The notes under the pieces: model-generated
What the model was told of the DNA's origin: nothing
Databases searched by the model: none
What the model saw: the letters and a program-made list of their open reading frames with translations, nothing else
Part shown: in pieces, positions 1-18,454 of the stretch
Numbering within the stretch: position 1 is the first letter of the stretch
How the letters are laid out: each line of letters opens with the position of its first letter
Program-made: the position numbers and the translations under genes
From: the human T2T-CHM13v2.0 reference genome, Homo sapiens
NCBI RefSeq assembly: GCF_009914755.1
Contig: NC_060944.1
Strand: one strand, 5' to 3'
Length of the DNA: 64,000 nt

Positions 1-713
1 CTGTGTGCCCCAGAAGAAATTTCTTCCAAATCTTAATAATAGGAATAGGCATTTTCTCTGGGGGGAAACTGTTCTGCTTTTTACCTGACAAGCTTTATGA
101 ATCATGTGATGGATTACATTTCCCTTTTCACAATGGCTGCTAGGAAGCTCAGAGTCAGATTTGTGGCCCATGGTTTCCAACTACCTAGGAGTCTATAAAC
201 TGCATTGCTTGCACTAACCTCTCCCTTGATTGCTCTTAGCTTTCTTCTCCCATTTCCCCTTTGTCCCTGTTTCTTCATCCCCCTATTTTTTACTTTTTAC
301 TCTTGAAATTGTTAGTCCTTGAGATGAAATAGAAATGAGGGTGACAAGATTGCCTTTGAGAGTTAAATGCAGTTAAATGTTGTTAAATGCTGGGATCAGC
401 CAAGCCTGTCCAGAGCAAAGAAGTGAAAAGTCTCCAGGTGGAGACAGAACAGCTTTCAGGTACCAATGTTTGATTGTAACCTGGGTTTGATGTGGTCCCT
501 AGCAGGGTCTCCATTCCCCAGTCTGTCTTCCTCTACACACTCCTGCCTAGTGATTAATAGACCAGGTTCTGATCTTGGTATTTGACCACTTCCTCCTTCA
601 GACTATGAAGGTTGACCACTTCCAAGGTATGTGTTTCCTGTAAGCAGAGACAAAAATCAGCCTGTCATTTAAATAAGAGAAAATGTATGACTTTTAGCTA
701 AAATAATTGTTTT

Positions 714-1386
<673 letters not shown>

Positions 1387-1388
1387 TT

Positions 1389-1395
<7 letters not shown>

Positions 1396-1423
<28 letters not shown>
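1396..1423. repeat. (TG)n microsatellite
   Basis: Direct reading. Confidence 0.95.
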
Positions 1424-1426
<3 letters not shown>

Positions 1427-1544
1427 ATAATATAAATGTATGTGTAGGTATATACACACTTCTAGGCACAGAAATGCCTACCTATGTTCACCAATGGACA
1501 TATGCTACAAGAGTAGTACACTAGTATACTCTTGTATATTACTC

Positions 1545-1547
<3 letters not shown>

Positions 1548-1576
<29 letters not shown>
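1548..1576. repeat. (TA)n microsatellite
   Basis: Direct reading. Confidence 0.95.
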
Positions 1577-1583
<7 letters not shown>

Positions 1584-1675
1584 GATATAAAACAAATAAT
1601 GCTAAATCCCAATTTAGCAAAAAAATTACTTCCTATTGAATCTTCCAAGCTTAAGTGCAACAAAATGTCTGATCA

Positions 1676-1996
<321 letters not shown>

Positions 1997-2822
1997 TTAC
2001 TAAGAATAAGCAGTTAAGTGATAGAAGGAGTCCCTTATGAGTTTATGAATTTGAGAGATTTACAAATTTTTGCTTAAATGACTAAAATCTTTTATTTGGG
2101 TTTTAGAAATGTTGAGCTGGATCCCTTTTCAGTGTCAATTATAAGATAGCAGGGCCAGTTCCATTAAAATCCCTTCCATTTATTAATAATAAAATCAATA
2201 CATCTGCACATAAGCTCATCTGCATTGCAGGCCCATCCAAGAGTGATATCATCAGTACACATCATCCAGAAAGTCTACAGTAGAAAAGACAAAAAGTCTA
2301 GAATGAATACTGTAATGGTATGGAACAACTGGAATTGGCATACCCTGAGTGGGGCATGTAAATCGGTATAACTACTTCGGAAAACTATTTATTAGCAACT
2401 AATGAAGCTAAATCAATACAAAACCCATAACCCAGCAATTCCACTTCTAGGTACAGAGATGCCTAAGCTCTGTTCACCAAATGACATATGCTACAAAATC
2501 CATGGCAGCACTACTTACAATAACCTTCAAATGGAAGTACCCAAATGCTCATTGACAATAGAATAGATAACTAAGTTGCAGTATAAATTCACACAGTAAA
2601 ATACAGCTATCCCTCAATATCCATGGGGGATTGATTCCGGGACTCCCACAGATACAAAAATTCAGGAATTCTCAAGTTTTTTACATAAAATGGTGTTGTA
2701 TTTGAATATAACCTATGCACATCCTCCCATAAACTTTAAATCATCTCTAGATTGCTTATAATACCTAATACAATGTAAATGCTATGTAAATAGTTGTTAT
2801 ACTGTGTTTTAAGAAAATAATG

Positions 2823-3155
2823 GGCCGGGTGCAGTGGCTCATGCCGGGTGCAGTGGCTCATGCCAGCACTTTCGGAGGCCGAGGCGGACGGATCACGAGG
2901 TCAGGAGATCGAGACCATCCTGGCTAACACAGTGAAACCCTGTCTCTACTAAAAATAGAAAAAATTAGCTGGGTGTGGTGGCGGGCTCCTGTAATCCCAG
3001 CTACTCGGGAGGCTGAGGCAGGAGAATGGCGAACCCGGGAGGCAGAGCTTGCAGTGAGCCGAGATGCACCACTGCACTCCAGCCTGGGTGACAGAGCAGG
3101 ACTCTGTCTCAAAAAAAAAAAAAAAAAAAAGAAGAAAGAAAGAAAGAAAAGAAAA
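2823..3155 (+). mobile_element. AluY-type with duplicated 5' end
   Basis: GGATCACGAGGTCAGGAGATCGAGACCATCCTGGCTAAC, with an A/GAAA tail. Confidence 0.93.
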
Positions 3156-3165
3156 GAATGACAAG

Positions 3166-3460
3166 GGCTGGGGGTGGTGGATTATGCCTGTAATCCCAGC
3201 AACTTTGGGAGGCCAAGGCAGGCAGGTCACCTGAGGTCAGGAGTTCAAGACCAGCCTGGCCAACATGGTGAAACCCTGTCTATACTAAAAATACAAAAAT
3301 TAGCCAGGCATGGTGGCAGATGCCTGTAATCCCAGCTCACTGGGAGGCTGAGGCAGAAGAATCACCCAAACCTGGGAGGTGGATGTTGCAGTGACCCAAG
3401 ATTGCACTACTGCACTCTAGCCTGGGTGAAAGAGTAAGACTCCGTCTCAAAAAAAAAAAA
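3166..3460 (+). mobile_element. Alu (S family)
   Basis: TSD AGAATGACAAG. Confidence 0.95.
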
Positions 3461-3684
3461 AGAATGACAAGAAAAAAGTCTACATGTTCAGTATAGATGC
3501 AACTTTTTTAAAAATGTTTTTAATCTGTGGCTGGTTGAATCCATGGATGCAGAATCCATGGATACGGGGGGCTGACTGTGCACACCAAGTATAACCAATC
3601 AACAAGGACGCATATCAATGTGGATGAATTTCACCAACATGACATTGGGCAGAAGAAGCCAGACACCGAAAAGAATATACACAG

Positions 3685-3879
3685 CGTGGCCAACATGATG
3701 GAAACCCTGTCTCCACTAAAAATACAAAAAATTAGCTGGGCGTGGTGGCGCACACATGTAGTCCCAGCTACTCAGGCACGAGAATCACTTGAACCTGGGA
3801 GGCAGAGGTTGCAGTGAGCCAAGATCATACCACTGCACTCCAGCCTAGGTGACAGAATGAGACCCTGTCTCAAAAAAAA
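3685..3879 (+). mobile_element. 5'-truncated Alu
   Basis: TSD GAAAAGAATATACA. Confidence 0.9.
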
Positions 3880-5750
3880 GAAAAGAATATACAGTATGAT
3901 TTCAAATATATAGAAGTTGTTACCCTTGGGGAGGTAGCGAGTAGAAGGAAGTATGAAGATGAAGGTGTCTGGGATTGCCAGCAATGAGCATTGGTTGCAT
4001 GGATATGTTTAGAATGGAAAATTCTGAATATATGTGAACCTTCCAAAAAAAAGTTTTTAAAGTTGTATCAGTTCATTACAGTACAAATGTAAAATTAGGG
4101 GAATTGTTTAGGAGTACCCCTCTTAGACCCCTAATTAGGAGTTGGAGGTCTCAGTCTGTGACCAGGATTAGAGTTCGTTCTATGGCTGGAATCTGGGCTC
4201 AGCCAGGATAAGGTTCTGTGTGGATCCAGTACTAATCATCGCTGCATCAGGGCTCTGCCTGGCAGGAGGGCTCGGGAGCCTTTGCTCTGTGTCCACAGCT
4301 CGACTGCTGCCGTTCCAGGATCTGACCACTTGATGTCTCCACTTCACAAATTGCCAAGTGAGGAAAGAGCTGGATAGAGCTGCCTAGACACGTACCGGCC
4401 CTGAGCTGGGATAGGTTGGAGGCCATAGCTCAGGGAAAGACTTGGAAACTGCAGAGAATGAATCCAAGTGGCAGCAAAGCTGGCTGGGCTGGGGCTGGGG
4501 TCCAGGCCCCATGCAACAAGGGCAGCCATGGGGACCACAGAGGCAAGTCCAGCTCAGAAGCCCCCAGCTTTGCGCCTATCTCAGCAGCACTGGTCGGTCA
4601 TTCATTCAGTGCTTCATGAGCTCCTGCTCTGAGGAGGAATCAATGGAATCAATGGAAGGAATCACTGAGGAATCAATGGAAGGCAAATAGGGCACAGTCC
4701 CTGGCTTAATGGAGCTCACAGTCAGGCATACACCTCCTTTCTCCTTTCCATCTTGTCCCTGCCTAGCACGCCCAGCTCCCTCCAACCCAAAAGAACCTCC
4801 AATATTAGAATCTGCCCCCCACCAACTCCTCAACCAGGATCCCATTTTTCTTCTTTGTTGTCTGTCTCCCCGACTAGGACAGATGTCTAAGGAGCAGGGC
4901 TTTCATCTGCCTTGTAGACCCTGGTGATCTCAGGGTCAGGCCCAGATGACCAACAAATATTCATTGAATGAAACTTGGATAGCAGTGAGGTGTTCACATC
5001 ATCTCTACAGAAACAAACAGAACAGAGCAGGGAAACTTCCTCTGGGTCTGTGGCACCCAGCTCCCCACACCTTGCAATTCTGGAGGAAGCCTCAGACAAG
5101 GCTTTTTGTGGGGTGGGTGTGGGAACCTGAGTAGGACTGAGAGCTGGAGGTTTCAGGGCTGGGAGGGCTGCATGACAGAAGGTGCTATTAGCCCAGCTCA
5201 TGAACACTGAGCAGTTCCACTTCCCCCTTTTCAAAGTAAGCATGGTGGGGGAGGGAAGAGACAGGCCTTGTATCACCCCTTGATAGGCCCAGGGACCTAG
5301 CTATTAAAAACAGGAAATATGAGCCAGCAGAGAGTAAGGAGGAACTAACTGGGGGTGCCCTGTCTGCCTCCAACTACAGGGAGCCTGCCAGCTACCTTAA
5401 TTCAGTCTAGGCAGATGACAGAGAACGAATAGACCAGCTTGACTGAAGCCTCCTGAGAGCCTGGGAAGGAGACCCAGGACATGAGTCTGGGCATGACTTT
5501 GGAGGAGCAGGTTGTAAGAAAGGGGATAAAGAGCTAGAGCTGCAGGCAGCTACTCCCTAGAGGAAGGAGGAAGGAGCAGAAGCCTGAGACACAGACTTGG
5601 ATGGCTGTGTGGATGTGAGCACCTGTCCAGGACCTTCAGAGGACCAGTTTGAGCCCATTTATTGGGAACCAAAAATGAGGATATCAGGATGGACCTCCAG
5701 CACCAGGGTTTACACTCTGCCACCCACTATGCACGGCCAATCAACATTCC

Positions 5751-5860
5751 CAGCACTGTCCAATAGAACAGTGCAATGCTGAAAATTTCTATAGCTAGGT
5801 TTTCCAATTAGGTAGTCATCGGACTCATGTAGCTAGTGGCTACCATATTGGACATCAGAG
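5751..5860 (+). mobile_element. MER3-like hAT element with internal deletion
   Basis: CAGCACTGTCCAATAGAAC ... GCTAGTGGCTACCATATTGGACA termini. Confidence 0.7.
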
Positions 5861-6460
5861 CTCTAGCCCCATGTGTAAGGTGAACAAAGAGCTGCCTTCC
5901 AATATTTCTTTTATTCCCTCCCACTCCTTCCATTCTTTCACACCCTCCTCTTGTGCCTCAGGCTATCAGTCAATAATTATATTGTAACGAGTTGAATTTC
6001 ATAGGCCATAAGCTCATGTAAAATGAATATATAAAGTAACTTATTTTTGTATAACTGAATTTCATTTCTATCCCAAGTGCCCATCCAACCTAATGGCAGA
6101 GATTTACTGTAAATAAGTTCAGGTTAAATGTGGTCAAGTGACTGCTTCCTCCCTCTCTTCCTCCAGAGTGCATCTAAGTCTCTAGACAGGTCAGAGTGTG
6201 TAGCCAGCACTCAAGCATTGGGAAGAGGGGCATTTGGAGCCTTAGGGCCCACTGTCTATGCTAGGATTAAACTATCAGTCCTTGTCCTATTCATTTAATC
6301 TTCAAACTTCATTTCTGGGTTCTTCGATTCTTCCCTTTCCTGCAGGGGCAGTAGGAAGAGCTCCAGAATCCCTTCTTAAAAACTTATAGCAGCATCTAAC
6401 TCTACTGTTCCACCTGTCCACATATTCCCATACTTTCTATCCCTTTGCTAATAAAAATAA

Positions 6461-7213
<753 letters not shown>

Positions 7214-7764
7214 TGAGGTAAATACTGTTATTATCCCCATTTTGCAGATCAGAAACTGAGGCACAGAGAGGTAGTGTGAAAAAAGCTCACACAGATAGTA
7301 TTCTTATTGAGGCTGTGGATGTGTTAACTAGCTTGACTTAATTCTTCCACATTGTATTCATACATTATAACATCACTTTGTACCTCACAAATTTATACAG
7401 CTATAAATTGTCAATTTACAGTGAAAAGAGTTTTGATAGATTTTGCTATTTAAAAAATAACTAATAAAAAAGAAAGCATTCTTGGGCTAGGATCTCAAAA
7501 GCCAGTATTACAGATGCATTTACTTAGCAATACAACTTCCATGAGTCAATCCCAAAAATACTCTGGCAAATGTCTGACACAAGCCTCTTTGTTACAGCAC
7601 TCATTGTAATAACAAGGGGCTAGAAACTACCCAAACATCCATCAACAGGGGATTATGTGAATAAATTATGATATATTTACACAGTGGAATACTATGAAGC
7701 CATAAAATGGCATGAGAGCTATCTTTGTATACTGTAGTAGAGTGATCTTCAGAATATATTGCTA

Positions 7765-8080
7765 GGCTGGGCATGGTGGCTCATGCCTATAATCCCAGCA
7801 CTTCAGAAGCCTGAGACAGGAGGATCACTTGAACCCAGGGGTTCAAAACCAACCTGGCCAACCTAGTGAAACCTTGTCTCTGCAAAAAAAAAAAAATTGA
7901 AGGAAAATTAGCCAGGCGTGGTAGTGCATGCCTGTGGCCCCAGCTGTTCAAACGGTTGAGGTGGCCAGATTGCTTGAGCCCAGGGGATTGAGGCTGCAGT
8001 GAGCCATGTTCACAACACTGCACACCCGTCTGCGCAACAGGGCAAGACCCTGTCTCAATAAATAAATAATAAATAAAATA
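7765..8080 (+). mobile_element. Alu (J family)
   Basis: Diverged dimer with (AATA)n tail. Confidence 0.9.
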
Positions 8081-8483
8081 TAAAATGTATATACATATAT
8101 TATATATATATAGTTAAGTAAAAGAAGAAAAGTGTATGGCTGCTAGCATTTATGTACAAAAGAGGGGAAATCAATATATATATTTGCTTATATTTTTTAA
8201 ATAAAAGAAAAGAACTTTTTAAAAAATGACTCTCGATGAGAAAGGAAGACATCAGAGTACAAAGAACAAGTATAGAAGCTAGAGTTACCTGAATATACTT
8301 ATTTTGAAGATTTGGCTATGGAACGATGTAAATGTTCCACATAATCATTAAAACAAAATGGAATTTTAAATAAAGTAACCCCTAAAATGAAAGCAAAATG
8401 AAATGAATGTATCAAACTATGTATTAAATTGATGGTATAAGTGCTCAGAGAAGAATTATTTCAAATGACTTTAAACATAGTAA

Positions 8484-8851
<368 letters not shown>

Positions 8852-9562
8852 AGTTTTTAATCTTAAAATGTTTTCCATAATCATATTATTAATATAAATT
8901 GTTATTTTATACATTATAAGATAAAGCAAATAAATCTAATATTATTGCCACTAAAACCAACATTTTCAGCATAAGAAAAAATATAAACATAAAAGAAATA
9001 AAAATGCTATACCCTAAATTGAAATTTAAAATATCAGTATGAACTCAAGATCTCTTAAAACTTTTTTTCTCTAGCTCTACCCACTAAAAAGGCCTAGAAA
9101 CAATTACCACTGCAATAACTATGAGCACCCCTAGAGAAAAGGTTGCAATATCAAAATACCATTTCCCACAAAAGAACCAGGGCTCCTAGGAGAAATAGCT
9201 GATTCAAGGTCTGGAGCAAAAAATATACAAGATGAACCAAGAAGACTTTTTCATTCCAGAAAGCAATAAAGCTATAGTGTCATGTCAAAAGGGCTCAGAA
9301 GCCAATGTCTTGAAGAGGCTCTTGTTGACCAAAGATGAGGCAATTGAAGCATCAGTAGGATCTAAAATAAAACAGATTCAAAATCCATAAGTTTATAATG
9401 ATACTCAAAAAAAGAGAAGTGATAGATTGGCTAATTATCCTGATTTGATCGTTACACATTGTACACATGTATTGAAATATCATACTGTACCCCATAAATA
9501 TGCACAACTATTATGTGTCAATTACAGGCAACTTATTTGCTATATTTTCCTTGTTTTTCTGA

Positions 9563-9871
<309 letters not shown>

Positions 9872-10001
9872 TAGGTATGGAGCCATTCTTGAGTCAAGAC
9901 AGTAACAGCAGTAGCAATCTTTTTATGATACTTATTATCAAATTATATACTTTAAGAATGAGCAGTTTATGTTATGTAATTTCTTTTTCAATAAAGCACC
10001 T

Positions 10002-10178
10002 AAGAAAGCAAGAAAGAAAAGGGAGGGAGGGAGGGAAGGAAGGAAGGGAGAGAAAGGAAAGAAAGCAAGAAAGAAAGAAAGAGAGAGAAGGAAGGAAAGA
10101 AAGGAAAGGAAAGGAAGAAAAAGAGAGGAAGAAAAAAGAAAAAAGAAAGAGGAGGGAGAGAGGGAGGGAAAAGGAAAA
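10002..10178. repeat. GA-rich low-complexity purine tract
   Basis: GGAA/GAAA/GGGA mosaic. Confidence 0.92.
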
Positions 10179-10595
10179 CTTCACTGGATTCCCTTTGAGC
10201 ATGTTAGGACACCAACTCATTATTTTGAAAATAGGTAAATAAAGGGAAAGAATCAAGCACCTTTTCTACTTTTTCTGTATGAACCGTATCTCCTTGTAAC
10301 CAAATAATTGGTGAGAGAAAATTTCTCCTTACAGAATTATTTCAGCTAAGTAATGAGGAAAAAATCTAAAGAATTTGAATTTTGCATTTTGTACTTTACA
10401 CACTTTAAGGAAACAATGGATCTAGGCCATGATCGTCAATGCCTAGGAATCGCACAGAATGAGACAAATATACTCAATGTGCCTCCTGGTATAGGTACAC
10501 AATATTACCTATGAAGCATTCTTGCTAAAAACACTTAACCTGACTTTATTAAGATACTAGTCACATGAACTAGAAGTCAGAGGAATGTGTTAGAT

Positions 10596-11035
10596 CAGCG
10601 GTCCCCAACCTTTTTGGCACTAGGGACCATGCCGTAGAAGACAATTTTTGGGCTAGAAGACAGTTTTTCCACAGACAAGGGAGGGAGTCAGGATGAAACA
10701 TAGAAGACGATTTTTCATAGACTATTTTTTCCACAGACAAGGGAAGGGGTCAGGATGAAATTGTTCTAACTCAGATCATCAGGCATTACTTAGACTCTCA
10801 TAAGAAGCATGCAACCTAGATCACTCACATGCGCAGTTCACAAGAGTTCGCACTCCTGTGAGAATCAAATGCTGCTGCTGATCAGACAGGAAGCAGAGCT
10901 CAGGTGGTAATTCGAGCGATGGGGAGCAGCTGTAAATACAAATGAAGCTTCGCTCAGTGGCCCACCACTCACCTCCTGCTGTGTGGCCTGTTAGGAATCA
11001 GGCCGAGGACCAGTACAAAGGATTGGGGACTCATG
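10596..11035 (-). mobile_element. MER1 (hAT-Charlie) DNA transposon
   Basis: Termini CAGCGGTCCCCAACC / GATTGGGGACTCATG and a perfect 8-bp TSD TGTTAGAT (10588-10595 / 11036-11043). Confidence 0.9.
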
Positions 11036-11097
11036 TGTTAGATGACACCACAGGGATGCAATCCACAAACCAGAAGATAGAAGACTCTACAAGATAA

Positions 11098-11535
<438 letters not shown>

Positions 11536-11765
11536 CTCTTATTTCTTCAATAAACGAACTGAAGACAGAGCAAGGGAAAATCTCTCCAATCCTGCTTATT
11601 CCACCTTCCACACTTAAAAAAGAGAGAAAGGGAGAGCCTAAAGGGTAAAAGAGACTTAATTATTACCAATCAGTGGATTGTGTGGACCTTGTTTGGATCT
11701 TGTTTCAAATAAACACATTACATGCAACAATTGGGTATACACACACACACACACACACATAGACA

Positions 11766-11788
<23 letters not shown>

Positions 11789-11803
<15 letters not shown>

Positions 11804-12053
11804 GAGACAGAGTGTAGTTCTGTTGCCCAGGCTGGAGTGCAGTGGCACCATCTCGGCTCACTGCAACCTCTGCCTCCCGTGTAGCTGAGACCACGGGTGC
11901 ATGCCGCCATGCCCGGCTAATTTCTGTATTTTTAGTAGAGACAGGGTTTCGCCATATTGGCCAGACTGGTCTTGAACTTCCGACCTTAAGTGATCCTCCC
12001 GTCTCGGCTTCCCAAAGTGCTGGGATTACAGGCATGAGCCACTGTGCCTGGCC
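11789..12053 (-). mobile_element. Alu with internal deletion
   Basis: ~30-nt deletion between the two GCCTCCC repeats. Confidence 0.92.
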
Positions 12054-12276
12054 AATTCAGTATATTTAAACATGGACTGGATATTGGATTATATTAAGAA
12101 TTGTTGTTGGTTTTTTTTGGTGTAATAATAATAATTGTGGCTACATGTTTAAAGTTCCTTTTTTAGAGCGACATGGAGAAATGTTTACTGATGAAATGAT
12201 ATGATGTTTGAGATCTGCACAGAAATTATTCCATAAAGGAGAGAGTAGATGGGCATATAATTAAAGAAGTTTATCT

Positions 12277-12701
<425 letters not shown>

Positions 12702-13091
12702 TTATTTTCATACTTTCTGCACTTCTGCTATAAAAACCACCTCCAAGGCCAAAGGAACCAGAGAAATGTGATAAGATAAAAGGCATTATACAAAAAAAGA
12801 AATACATTGGCTAGTACTTCAAACTACTTAGAAACAGATGTATAGACCAATGAAACAGAATAGAGAGAACAGAAATAAATCCCTACAACTACAGCCAACT
12901 CATTTTTCAACAAAGGTGCAAACAACACACATCGGGGGAAAGGACAGTGTCATCAATACATGGTGCCAGGAAAATTGGGTATTTATATGCAAAAAAATTA
13001 AACTAGACCCCTACCTTTCACCATATACAAAAATCAACTCAAAATGGATTAAACACTTAGATCTAAGATCCAAAACTATGAAACTCTACTA

Positions 13092-13472
<381 letters not shown>

Positions 13473-14019
13473 TCAAAAGCAAACATAGACAAATGGAATT
13501 ACATCAAACTGAAAAGCTTCTGCACAAAAAAACAACGCATGAAGAGATAACACACAGAGTGGGAGAAAATATTTGCAAACTATACATCTGGTTAATATCC
13601 AGAATATATAAGTAACTCAGACAACTCAATAGCAATAAACAAAAACAAAAACAAAAAACAAACCAAATAGTCCAATTTTAAAGTGGAAAAAAGACCTGAA
13701 TAGACATTTCTCAAAATAAGAGTTACAAATGGCCAACAGATATTTGAAAGAATGCTCAACATCACTAGTCATCAGGGAAATGCAAATCAAATCCATAAAC
13801 AGATATCATCTCACTCCAGTTAGAACCATTATTATCAAAAAGACAAAAGACGAGTGTTGGCGAGGATGCAGACAAAAGGGAACCCTTACACGCTGTTGGT
13901 GGAACTGTAAATTAGTACAGCTGTTGTAGAAAACAGTATGGAGGTTCCCCCCAAAATTAAAAATGGAACTACCATATGATCCAGGAATCCAACTACTAGG
14001 TATACATCTAAAAGAAATA

Positions 14020-14362
<343 letters not shown>

Positions 14363-14564
14363 TCAAAGAGGTATCTGTGCTCCCATATTTATTACAGCAT
14401 TATTCACAATAGCCAGTGTATGGAATCAACCTAAGTGTTCATCAATGAACGAATGGATGAAGACAATGAAGTACATGTAAACAATGGAATACTATTCAGC
14501 CATAAAAAAGGACTAAATCCTGTTCATTTGTGACTACATGGATGAATCTGGTGACTTTATGTTA

Positions 14565-15244
<680 letters not shown>

Positions 15245-15645
15245 TCATAGAAGCAGAGAGTAAAATAGTGGTTACTAGAGGCTAGGGAGGGATTGGTAGA
15301 GGGAGGAGGAGGAGAGGTTGGCCAATAAGTACCACGTTACAATTAGGTAGGAGAAATAAGTTCTGGTGTTCTATTGCACAATAGGGTGACTATAGTTAAG
15401 AATAATGTACATCTCAAAATAGCAGAAAAGAGGATTTGAAATCTTCTCGCCACAAAGAAACGATAAATGTTTGAGGTGATGGATTTTTTAATTACCTTGA
15501 TTTGATTATCATAGTGTATATACGTATTGAAACATCACATTGTACCCCATAAATACAATCATTATGTGTCAATTAAAAATAAAATAATTACAGGTGTGAG
15601 CCACCATGCCCAGCCTGAAGTGCCCTATTGAACATATGAGTCTAG

Positions 15646-16021
<376 letters not shown>

Positions 16022-16169
16022 CCACACTGGCCTTCTTTCTTTTCCTGAACAGGCCAAGTTTCCTCCAGCCTCAGGACCATGGCATTGCTATTCCTGTTGC
16101 CTGGCATATTTCTCCCCTAGATGGCCACATGACTAGCTCTTAAACATTCAGATCTCAGGTCAAATATCA

Positions 16170-17011
<842 letters not shown>

Positions 17012-17659
17012 AATCACCCAATTCTTTTTTTCCCCCAGATGGCTATGTTTATTGAGTCATCCCTCCACATTCTTATGAAATACCATCTTTTACAAACGAA
17101 TGAATGAATGAGAAATGTGCCTTTCAAGGCAGGAGGAGCCTCCCCATGCTTCAAATGAGAAACCTGAGGCTCAGAGAAGGGAGTGAGTCACCCAAGGTCC
17201 TAGAAACCACCTGTGGCAAGCCCAGCCTGTCGGGCTCCTCAGTTCACTTCTCTACATACAATAAATGAGGCAGGAAAGTGCAATTTTCTGGGCAGTGAGG
17301 ACACATCACCCGTCCTGCCCTCCCACTGAGGCTTGTTGACAGGCCCATAATCAGGAGGCAAGTATACCAAAAGGTTTCCTTGCTGATTCAATCTCGGGGC
17401 TCACTCTGAAACCAAGTAGGACCTTGATTTGTCATTTCCAGGTCTCCGAACCACAAATGTTAAGTACGTATTAAATGAGTGAGTCACTGGTCCTGTGGAC
17501 ATTTTAATTGCTGATTAAGTGTTCCATGAATTCTGGGTCCCGCCCCAACTGTGCCTGCCCCTAAGGTACAGACAGTCACCTCTACTTCTTCGGGGACCTG
17601 CAGTGTCTAACACCGACTAGGGTACACAGTGACACTCAAAAATGAGGCATAGGCATATA

Positions 17660-17962
17660 GGCCGGGCATTGTGGCTCACGCCTATAATCCCAGCACTTTG
17701 GGAGGTCGAGGCGGGCAGATCACTTAAGCCCAAGAGTTCAAGATCACCGTGGGCAACATGGCAAAACTCTGCCTCTACAAAGAAAAAAAAAAGTCAGGTG
17801 TGGTGGTGTGCACCTGTGGTCCCAGCTACTTGGGAGGCTGAGGTGCTAGGATTGCTTGAGCCCAGAAGGCAGAGGTTGCAGTGATCCAGGATCACATGCC
17901 ACTACACTCCAGCCTGGGTGACAGAGTGAGACCCTGTCTCAAAAAAAAAAAAACAAAAAAAA
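17660..17962 (+). mobile_element. Alu (J family)
   Basis: Dimer plus poly(A). Confidence 0.93.
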
Positions 17963-18454
17963 GGTATAGGGCTTAGGCAAATTCTGGAAGGACATGCCTC
18001 AGATAAACAGTGGGCAACCCTTTTGAAGCAAGTTTACTTAGAACTTTAACTCTCTGCTTTCGGTCTTTATGTAGCATTTGAACACTCCACAATCAGTATA
18101 GATTGCTTCTATAGGCGTGAGTATAGGTATGCTTCTGATTGCACAGGTAGCATTCAGAGAACCAATCTGAAACTGGTCTAAGTCCATACTAGTGTGCAAA
18201 AAGCAATTACTTGCTGATTGGTTGGGAAACTCCTGAAAATCATCTTCCTCCAGAATCCTTCTCCCACACATTATCAGAAGCCTGCTTTCAGAAACACTGA
18301 GTCAATTCTCAACCACTCCTTCAGTCAGTAAGCCCGGGAGCACCTACAGCACGCCAAGTGATGAGTGAGCCACCAGGGTGACAGGTGATAGGCAGGGAAA
18401 CAGGTGGTAGCCAGAGTCAGTGGGGCCTGCATTCAAACCATTGCTGACATAGAT

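Larger units (their letters stand above)
2604..3578 (+). mobile_element. MER2 (TcMar-Tigger) DNA transposon split by two Alus
   Basis: Termini CAGCTATCCCTCAATATCC...GGATACGGGGGGCTGACTG, internal AAATCATCTCTAGATT..ATACCTAATACAATGTAAATGCTATG, TA target on the left. Confidence 0.88.
2310..4050 (+). mobile_element. Old L1M 3' fragment interrupted by MER2 and Alus
   Basis: CCCAGCAATTCCACTTCTAGG and ATGTGGATGAAT...AGAAGCCAGACAC motifs of the L1 ORF2 end and 3'UTR. Confidence 0.7.

Noticed and set aside
361-392. Three copies of a 10-mer (A/T)GTTAAATG(C/T)
   Set aside because: Tiny slippage repeat with no spacers and no further structure.
9877-10256. Lys/Arg/Glu-rich ORFs resembling the charged TOP1 N-terminal domain
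   Set aside because: Translation of a GA-rich simple repeat 32 kb upstream of the gene.
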